DNA of 59,818 nt from an uncultured Alphaproteobacteria bacterium (GTDB lineage: Bacteria > Pseudomonadota > Alphaproteobacteria > RF32 > CAG-239). Below are positions 45,449 through 53,500 of the stretch, in pieces. The notes under the pieces are model-generated. The model was not told where the DNA came from. It searched no databases and was given only the letters and a program-made list of their open reading frames with translations. The stretch is from assembly GCA_944390905.1 (NCBI GenBank), contig CALXRR010000002.1, positions 1-59,818 on the forward strand, written 5' to 3'. How positions within the stretch are numbered: position 1 is the first letter of the stretch; every line of letters starts with the position of its first letter. A program made the position numbers and the translations under genes.

Positions 45449-47080
45449 ATGATATCAAAGTTATCAAAAATATTTGTTCTGAGTCTTGTCGCCAGCGTTT
45501 TTGCCGGAGCTTCATCAGCACAGGTCACGATGAACAATCTTGATCAAAACGCCGACCAAAGTATGGGGCAATATATGCCGATGAATATGAATTATGCCGG
45601 CTTTAGCTCTCTTGGCATGACACAAGCTGCTTGGCTTGACCCATTGCAAAACTTGGGTGAAGGACAAAGCCGTCCGGCTTATTCCAAATATTATTGGAGT
45701 CCGGATTTGGTTTTGCCGGTTCGCTTGAGAGAAGGAATGATTACTTTGATAAACTTCCCTGATTGGGAACTCATTGAAGATATGTACATCGGAGATAATG
45801 CAACTTTTGACGGACAAATAAGCGGGCCTAATACCATTTTGCTTTACCCTCGTAAGGGCGCCAACGTCGGAGTCGATACAAACATCATTCTGTTTGGCCG
45901 CTCCGGCAACCGCTATGTGTTTTACGCCAAGAGTGAAGGCGTTAATACTGAAAGATTGACCAACTCCATTATAGATATAGATGTCGTTGAAGGCGCTAAC
46001 GGAGGGTCTTATTCCGGCGGCGGTAGTGGCAATCGTTCTTTTTCAGGGGGTATAGGTAAAGGTCGGGGTTCATCAGGATATTCAGCAGCATCAAGTTATA
46101 CCAAGCGCAATCAGCGCAACAACTGGATAGAGGATATTCCGGTTGACCCCAGCAAATTCCGTTTTGATATTGAAATTTATGTGCCAAACCCTGATGATGT
46201 AGTTATTGCGCCGGAGCGCGTCTGGAGAGACGATATCTTCACCTATATTGACTTAGGCGAAAAAGCCTTAAACATGACCCAGCGTCCGATAGTCACCATG
46301 ATAGTTGAGCGCTCTGAAGTTCCGGTCGGCTTCCGTACCAAAGGCCCTAACAACCGCTTGATAATAGTTGAAGGTGTCGGCGATATGGTTTTGCGTAATG
46401 GCAAAAGAATAGTCTGCCTTAAGCTTCGTCGTTCTGATGATGCCGGCATGGAAAATGTCAGCTATGCTGATGACTTGTTCTCTAACGAGTGGTATGTCCA
46501 AGCTCCGGTTCCCGGCCGTAATAGTGCCGAAATCGGTGACGGAAACGTTTTGCAAGGATTCGGCCCCAAATATCCTGAATACTCCGGCGGCATGCCTGGT
46601 AATTATGGCTATCCTCCGGCCGGCATGGGCGGCTCTGGAGCCATGAGCGGAGGTATGAACCCTTCAGGAATGAACGGGGCCGGTAGTGAATTTGGTAATG
46701 GCTATGACGGATTCGATTATTCGCAAATGCAGCATATCTCCAATACCGAGAACTACCCCTCTAACAGCAACGCCATTCGTGAGGCCATGGGCTATGGCAA
46801 AGGCATGAACGGCGCCGGCAGCGGTGACATCTCCATAGAACTAGGTGTAGATGCTCAAGTCAGCAACTTGGAGGCTCTGTGGTCTGATTTAAGCAAAAAA
46901 TATCCGGATATGCTGTCTCAGTATGAACCCTATTACTCCGTTGACACTCCGGCCGACGGCCATGGCAAAGAGCTTTTCCACCTCCGCATCGGCCCCATAA
47001 ATAATCTTGAAGACGGAGATGTTATCTGTAATCAACTTGGGCGGAACGGCGTGTTCTGCAGTGTGGTTAGAACGCAATGA
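45449..47080 (+). CDS. virB9: VirB9/TrbG-family core protein with Gly-rich inserts and a C-terminal SPOR-like domain
   Basis: Signal peptide, then an N-terminal VirB9 domain (LPVRLREGMITLINFP....IEDMYIGD...F......NTILLYP......DTNIILFG.SGNRYVFY). The C-terminal VirB9 domain follows (FRFDIEIYVP...IAPERVWRDDIFTYIDLG......RPIV...V). Residues about 462-543 read ISIELG....VSNLEALWSDL.KKYP.........Y.........G.ELFHLRIGPI....D.D..C..L...G..C.VV, which is SPOR-like. Confidence 0.7.
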   Translation: MISKLSKIFVLSLVASVFAGASSAQVTMNNLDQNADQSMGQYMPMNMNYAGFSSLGMTQAAWLDPLQNLGEGQSRPAYSKYYWSPDLVLPVRLREGMITLINFPDWELIEDMYIGDNATFDGQISGPNTILLYPRKGANVGVDTNIILFGRSGNRYVFYAKSEGVNTERLTNSIIDIDVVEGANGGSYSGGGSGNRSFSGGIGKGRGSSGYSAASSYTKRNQRNNWIEDIPVDPSKFRFDIEIYVPNPDDVVIAPERVWRDDIFTYIDLGEKALNMTQRPIVTMIVERSEVPVGFRTKGPNNRLIIVEGVGDMVLRNGKRIVCLKLRRSDDAGMENVSYADDLFSNEWYVQAPVPGRNSAEIGDGNVLQGFGPKYPEYSGGMPGNYGYPPAGMGGSGAMSGGMNPSGMNGAGSEFGNGYDGFDYSQMQHISNTENYPSNSNAIREAMGYGKGMNGAGSGDISIELGVDAQVSNLEALWSDLSKKYPDMLSQYEPYYSVDTPADGHGKELFHLRIGPINNLEDGDVICNQLGRNGVFCSVVRTQ

Positions 47081-50000
47081 GTAAAGAAGTCTTAACACAT
47101 TCAGAAGCTTATGTTAAGAAAACCAACCGTATTATTCTTACGGTTGGTCTTACTTCTTTAATAATATTTTTGGCCGGTCTCTACCTGTTGTACGAGAGCA
47201 AGCAAAAAACAACCGAGTATGTAGAGCCGGTTTTGACCGGCAATGATGATGCACTCAATTTTGGTTCGGCCAATCCGTTAGATAATAATATTGAATTTAA
47301 TACTATTGATGATACGCAGGTTCCCATAACCTTAACCCCCAACCCCGTGCCGATGGGGCAAGTTGTCTTGGGAAACACGGCTGACAATGTCTTGACCATA
47401 GGTACCAATGGCAAGGCAGCCATCAAGATAGTCTCAGTCCAGTTGGCCGAGCCGCCTGCTGACGGCTTTACGTTTAAGGATGGGTGTACCAATATTGATT
47501 TAAGCGGAGACCGCACCTGCCATATCACGATGAACTGGGCGCCTGTTGTTGCCGGCAATGTCCAGAACAACTTTATTGTCACTTGGTATGAGACCAACCT
47601 TGGAGCCGGCAACAGCAAAGCTGAAAAAGTTCCGGTTATCGGCAATGCCATAGATGTCACCGACTGCAATTTTTGTGAAAATGCGCCTCAAACCGGCAGC
47701 TCTGAAACATCACAACCAGAAAGTTATCAGCTTGTCAGTGAGGCCATCGGCCCCAAAGGCGATGTTATCGGTTATGTCGATGAAAACGGCTATGTCCGTG
47801 ACAAAAACGGCAAGATTATCGGTCGCGTAAATGAAAACGGCTTGGTTGTCGATGACGCCGGCAATATCATAGGAGTTTCCGGCAACCGTCGTCTGGTTTT
47901 GGATGAAAACGGCAATGTCATCGGCTACGTCAATCCCGATGGAACCGTAGTTGATAAAAACGGCAACATTATCGGTCGCATGCTTCCGGATGGTACAGTT
48001 GTTGATGCCAACGGCAATATTTTGGGCAAGGCGCTGGATGCAGGTTATGTCTATGACAAAGACGGCAATATCATCGGCCGCGTATTGCCTGACGGCACGG
48101 TAGTTGATATGAACGGCAATGTTATCGGCCGCTTAAATGAAAAAGGAGAAGTCGTTGACGCTAATGGCAATGTCATTGGCTATGTCACCAAACCCGGCAA
48201 AGTCGCAATTGATGAAAACGGCAATCCTTTAGGCGTCGTTATGCCGGACGGTACTGTTGTTGATACCAACGGTCAGGTTATCGGCCGCTTAGATGAAAAC
48301 GGCAATGTAAGTACTGACAACATCATCGGCCAAGCCAGTGACATCATGCGCCGCTTGGCTTATGATAAAGACGGCAATGTTATCGGCTATATTGATGAAA
48401 ATGGCAATGTCCGCGATTTTAACGGCAATATCATCGGCAGAATGCTTGAAGACGGTACCTTGGTTGATGCCAATGGCAACGTTATAGGCAAAGCCGGAGA
48501 TTACGCCCGCTTGGCAGTGGATAAAGACGGCAATGTCATCGGCTATATCACCAGTGACGGCCGCGTTATAGATTCCAACGGCAATCAAATAGGCTATCTT
48601 GATGAAAACGGCAACATCATATCCGGCGTTCTTAAAAAAATTGGCTCCTTAGTCCCGCAAGATATGATACCGATAACCCCTTCCGGAGAGGTATTGGGAA
48701 CAATCAATAATGACGGCAGTATAACTGATGTCGGCGGCCAGACCGTAGGGCGAGTATTGTCCAACGGATTGGTTAAAGACCCATCCGGCTCCAAGGTAAT
48801 AGCCCGCTTGGTTCGTGGAGGTTTGGTTGTTGGGTACGGCTGTAAAAATATAGGTTTTTTGGATAAAGACGGCAAAGTCCGCAAAGGTGAAACCGTTTTT
48901 GATTATAAGGTTATGCCGGACGGAGTTGTTATAGATACCTCCAACCAATACGTCGGAGAAATCATCACCCCGGGCCCAGCCTTTGACAACAACTGCACCT
49001 TGATAGGCACAATCGGCAATGACGGACTGGTCAGAGATTCGGGGAATAACTATGTCGGCTGTGTCAATCCGGATGGCATTATCTTAGATGACAAAGGCGA
49101 TATTATCGGCGGTGCGCGTAAGGAAGGCGTCGCCGTATCTTATGACGGAGATTATCTCGGCCGCGTTAATGATGAAGGCTTGATAGTCAATGCGGCCTCC
49201 TTACCGGTAGGCTGTATTGGCGCTTATGGAGATGTCTTTAACAAGAACGGAGGCTATATCGGCCACATTCAAGAACATACCTTTGGTTATGACTTAAAAG
49301 GCAATTTCTTAAATACGCTTGATGAACGAGCCGAAGTCTCGGTTAAAGGAGAGAAACCCTACCGCCTCTTAGCCAACAATCTTTTGGTTAATGACAACAA
49401 TCAAATCACCGGTGTAGCTCTGCGCGGCAAGTCTGTTATTGGCAATGCCGACGGCCGCTTTATGGGTAGAGTATTTCCTGATGGCAAGGTCTATAATTCC
49501 GACGGCTCTCCGATAGGCAAAATCACCGGCGACGGTTTCAGCTTTTACAACAACCAACTTGGACGGATTCTCCCTGTTGGTGAAGTAGTAGACTTCAAAG
49601 GCCAAAGATTAGGCCGCGCCAACTATGACGGCAATGTCGTCAGCAAGTTTGGTGAGATATTGGGTCATATTGACGCCAAAGGAGTATTTATTGATAACAA
49701 GGGCGAATATCGCGGCGCCGTAGTCAGCAAAGGCCCTGCGATAGGTTATGACGGCTCTTATCTTGGTTATGCGGTATCTGACGGCAGCGTCATTAGCACC
49801 GAAGGTCAAAGAGCAGGGCGAGTCAGCTCCGATTCTAAAGTTATCAGCCCGACAGGTGAAGTCATAGGAGAGGTTATTCCTGAAAATATAGTTATTGATA
49901 TTTGGGGCAGCTATAAAGGCCGCATGAATTCTCTTGGAGACATTCTTGACTTGAAAAATGATAACATCACTGCTATCCTACCCGGAGGCTCAAGTGACAA

Positions 50001-50508
50001 AAACTTAAGCTTGCTCAAGAGAGGAGCCACGCTTGATTATAGCGGTAATTTATCCGGAGCGGTAATGCCGGACGGTAGCACCATCAACCTTGATAACGCC
50101 ATCACGGGCAGGGTTTTGTCAGACGGCAGCACAGTCAATAAGAACGGCAAACTTAACGGAGCCGTAATTTACGGAGATATAGTTATCAATAACGCCGATA
50201 AAGTCGTTGGCTATGTTACAATTGACGGCAAAGTCAAAAACACCGGAGGAGAGGTCATCGGCCGTATGTTATCCGATGAGCTTGCGGTAGATACTAATGA
50301 CAATATCCTCGGGCGAGTTTATAAAATAGGCACTATTGTTTTGAAGAACGACGGTAGTTTTGTAGGACGTTTGTCACCTGACGGCAGCGTTGTCAGCACC
50401 ACAGGTACGAATATTGGTTACCTTAAGAACAATGGCTCATATATAGATTTAGATAAAAAAGTATCAGGCTATGCTTTGCAAGAAGTAGCCAAAAACAGGA
50501 GGAACTAG
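47077..50508 (+). CDS. 1143-aa membrane-anchored protein built from a 17-residue repeat (D-x-N-G-N-[IV]-I-G-x-[VLM]-x-x-D-G-x-V-V)
   Basis: The ATG overlaps the virB9 stop (ATGA). It has an N-terminal TM helix (ILTVGLTSLIIFLAGLYLLY) and a possible Ig-like beta domain (residues about 80-180). From residue 225 I counted consecutive 17-aa units by hand. Confidence 0.8.
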   Translation: MSKEVLTHSEAYVKKTNRIILTVGLTSLIIFLAGLYLLYESKQKTTEYVEPVLTGNDDALNFGSANPLDNNIEFNTIDDTQVPITLTPNPVPMGQVVLGNTADNVLTIGTNGKAAIKIVSVQLAEPPADGFTFKDGCTNIDLSGDRTCHITMNWAPVVAGNVQNNFIVTWYETNLGAGNSKAEKVPVIGNAIDVTDCNFCENAPQTGSSETSQPESYQLVSEAIGPKGDVIGYVDENGYVRDKNGKIIGRVNENGLVVDDAGNIIGVSGNRRLVLDENGNVIGYVNPDGTVVDKNGNIIGRMLPDGTVVDANGNILGKALDAGYVYDKDGNIIGRVLPDGTVVDMNGNVIGRLNEKGEVVDANGNVIGYVTKPGKVAIDENGNPLGVVMPDGTVVDTNGQVIGRLDENGNVSTDNIIGQASDIMRRLAYDKDGNVIGYIDENGNVRDFNGNIIGRMLEDGTLVDANGNVIGKAGDYARLAVDKDGNVIGYITSDGRVIDSNGNQIGYLDENGNIISGVLKKIGSLVPQDMIPITPSGEVLGTINNDGSITDVGGQTVGRVLSNGLVKDPSGSKVIARLVRGGLVVGYGCKNIGFLDKDGKVRKGETVFDYKVMPDGVVIDTSNQYVGEIITPGPAFDNNCTLIGTIGNDGLVRDSGNNYVGCVNPDGIILDDKGDIIGGARKEGVAVSYDGDYLGRVNDEGLIVNAASLPVGCIGAYGDVFNKNGGYIGHIQEHTFGYDLKGNFLNTLDERAEVSVKGEKPYRLLANNLLVNDNNQITGVALRGKSVIGNADGRFMGRVFPDGKVYNSDGSPIGKITGDGFSFYNNQLGRILPVGEVVDFKGQRLGRANYDGNVVSKFGEILGHIDAKGVFIDNKGEYRGAVVSKGPAIGYDGSYLGYAVSDGSVISTEGQRAGRVSSDSKVISPTGEVIGEVIPENIVIDIWGSYKGRMNSLGDILDLKNDNITAILPGGSSDKNLSLLKRGATLDYSGNLSGAVMPDGSTINLDNAITGRVLSDGSTVNKNGKLNGAVIYGDIVINNADKVVGYVTIDGKVKNTGGEVIGRMLSDELAVDTNDNILGRVYKIGTIVLKNDGSFVGRLSPDGSVVSTTGTNIGYLKNNGSYIDLDKKVSGYALQEVAKNRRN
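47749..50460 (+). repeat. In-frame 51-nt (17-aa) coding repeat array
   Basis: Examples are DKNGKIIGRVNENGLVV / DENGNVIGYVNPDGTVV / DKNGNIIGRMLPDGTVV / DKDGNIIGRVLPDGTVV / DMNGNVIGRLNEKGEVV. At the DNA level, gatgaaaacggcaatgt-type strings recur. Confidence 0.8.
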
Positions 50509-50509
50509 G

Positions 50510-53500
50510 TTGAATAAATTGTTGCGAAAAATCACTCGATTAGGTGTTTTCACGCTGCTTGTCGGCCTGCTGAAGATTTCCGGAGCGCAATCCTTAGAGA
50601 TAACCGCCATTGATTTTAACGGAGACTTACTCGGAAAAGTCATCCCTGACGGCAAGGTGGTTAGCTTTGACAACCAGTTAATAGGCAACATCACCGCCGA
50701 CAGTTTAATAGTTAATTTTGAAGGCAAACTTATCGGTGGCGCGGTTCCTCAAGGCATAGCCATTGGCAACGACAATCGCCTTTTGGGTAAGGTTAATAAT
50801 GACGGCACGGTTCGCGTCGCATCAGGTAAGATTATAGGCAAAGTATTGCCCAACGGCTTGGTTGTTGATGATTATTATAATGTTATCGGCGCGGTTTTAT
50901 TCCCTGGGCTGGTTTATTCAGACGAAGGCAAAACGGTCGGACGCTTAACCGGTGATGGTGTTTACAGCAACCTTCAGGGTGAGGTCATCGGCTTTTTAAC
51001 ACCTGATGGCTATGCCTACCGCCGCACAGACAGAGACATCAGCTTAGACGGCCGCCTTATTTCCTCCAAAATGATAATCTCACCGGAAGGCAAGTTTATC
51101 GGCAGCATCGTCCCCGGAGGTCAAATCACCGATTTTGACGGCCAAAACATAGGCTTTATCCACGCTAACGGCTTGGCGTATAATGAAGCAGGTCAAATTA
51201 TCGGCCGCTTGGTTCGCTCTGGCTATGCCTTTGATGACAACGGTGCTTATATAGGTTTTGTTATGTATAACGGAGAAGTCGTCAACAAAGACGGAGTTAT
51301 AGGCCATTTGTTGATAGACGGGCGCATCGCCGACCAAAACGGCAAACCAATAGGCTTTGCGCTAGACATCAGCGCTACGGCTACTGACAATGAGGGCAAA
51401 TACTTGGGGCGTTTAATCCCCGGCGGCCAAATCGTTCAGGCAAAAGAGACGGTCGGCATGGTCGGCCCTCGCGGAGTTGTGGTTGATAAAGACAATAATA
51501 TCATCGGCGAAATCACCCGTACCGGCCCTATTTTTGATTATAAAGGCCGCATCTCGGGTCATGCCTTAAAAGACGGCTCGGCAATATCTTTGGGCGGCAA
51601 TCGTATAGGCTATGTTGTAGGCAAGAATAGCTTTGACAATACCGGCAGTTTGATAGGCAAACTCTTTGACTATGGTCAGGTTATCCGTTTGGACAATACC
51701 CCTGCCGGCACCGTAGGCATAAGCGGCCGCATTATTAATAATAAGGAGACACTTCAGGCCAGTCCGTTTGGCTATGTCTATGGTCCGCAAGGCAATGTAG
51801 CCGGAGTTTTGGTTGACAGTGGCACTTTGTTTAGCGTCAACGGCGGTATAGCCGGCTATGTTAATGCCAACGGCGGCTTGGAGAACAAAGGCGCCAAGCT
51901 CAGCGGAACCTTAACCCAGTCCGGTTTGGCACTCAGTCCGGAGGGCCGAGTTTTGGGCGGAATTATATCCGCATTGCGCGCTCAAACTTTCTCCGGCAAT
52001 CTTTTAGGACTGTTGTCCGACGGCAATCAGGTCTTGGATACTGACAACAAAATGCTCGCCAAGATATTGCCGGATAATTCGGTGGTTTCGGCACTCAGCA
52101 GCAATTCAGCCGAGCTCAATCCGGTAGTAGGGCATGTTAACGCTTCTGATTTTGCGGTTAACTTGAGCGGGCGCCTTTTGGGCTATACCACCCGCACCGG
52201 CCGCCTTAAGGACACCTCCGGACTTTATTTCGGCAAATCAACCGGAGACGGCAGTGCCCTTGATACCAACGGCAAATATCTCGGCGGCTTGCAAAATTAT
52301 GCCGCAGTGGTTGATATGTCCGGAGAGCTTTTGGGCAATATCACACCGCAAAACCAGATTCGCAATTACCGCGGAGTAAATTCCGGTCATGTCTTGTTAA
52401 ACGGTCAAGCCGTAGCTGAAAACGGCTCTATTATAGGATATGCAATTCCTTCGGGCTTGATTATTGACTTTAACGGCAAAATATTAGGCAGCATCTCAGC
52501 CGGCGGCGATGTGCTCAATAATAGCAACGAAAATTTAGGCAAGGTCGATTGGCAGGGGCGTCTATATAATGCCGAAGGAGCCTTGTTGGGCAGCAGAATA
52601 TCTTATTATCCGGTCATAAGCTTCAACCACGCCATTATCGGCCGTAGCGTTATTGATGGCCAAATCGTCAACCCCAACAATCAGTTTATCGGCAGAGTCC
52701 AGCCCAACGGCAATATTGTGTCTGAAAGCGGCAATTCCATAGGTTCTCTTTTCAAATATAAGTTTGCGTTTGATAATAAGAACCGGTTTTTGGGCAGGGT
52801 TAATAATCAGGCAGAAGTTATTGATGCAGAGGGCAAAATTCTGGGACAAGTCAATTTTGACGGTTATGTTATTAATAATAATGAAAAGATAGGCTACGCC
52901 TTATACGATTTGTATATTTATGATAACAACGGTCGAGCCCAAGGCTATATTGAATCTGACGGAAGTATTTTGTCGTTTTTATCCGAGCGCTTAGGTCAAA
53001 TCGACCGCGGTTTTATGGTTGATAAAAATAGTAAGGTCTTGGGGCGTGGCAATCGCGATTATACTATCCGCGCAGAGCAAAACAAACCTCTGGGAGAGCT
53101 CCGGATGAACGGTGATCTCATAGATTATAGCGGCAAAACCATCGGCCGCTTAGGCAGTGACGGCAATATCTTTGATGAAAGCGGGAAGGTTTTGGCCGTA
53201 GCCACTCCGCTCCAGTATTATAATGTTACTATCGACCGCGAAAAAGTCTACGATGCCGAGGGCAAGGTTGTTGGTTATCTGGCTAATGACGGCAATGTCT
53301 ATGATGAAAATGGCAAGCTTATAGGCAAGCTCAATCCAGATGGCACCGTAAGCGGCTCTGACGGGAGCATTATCGGCGGTATCGGCACCGATTGGTACGA
53401 AAAAGTCAAACTTGATATCCCTGATAAAAAACTCCCGCAAGTAGGCATCCATAAGAGTGAAGATGACTTAGAGCTAGAACTCAAAAATAAAGAATACCGC

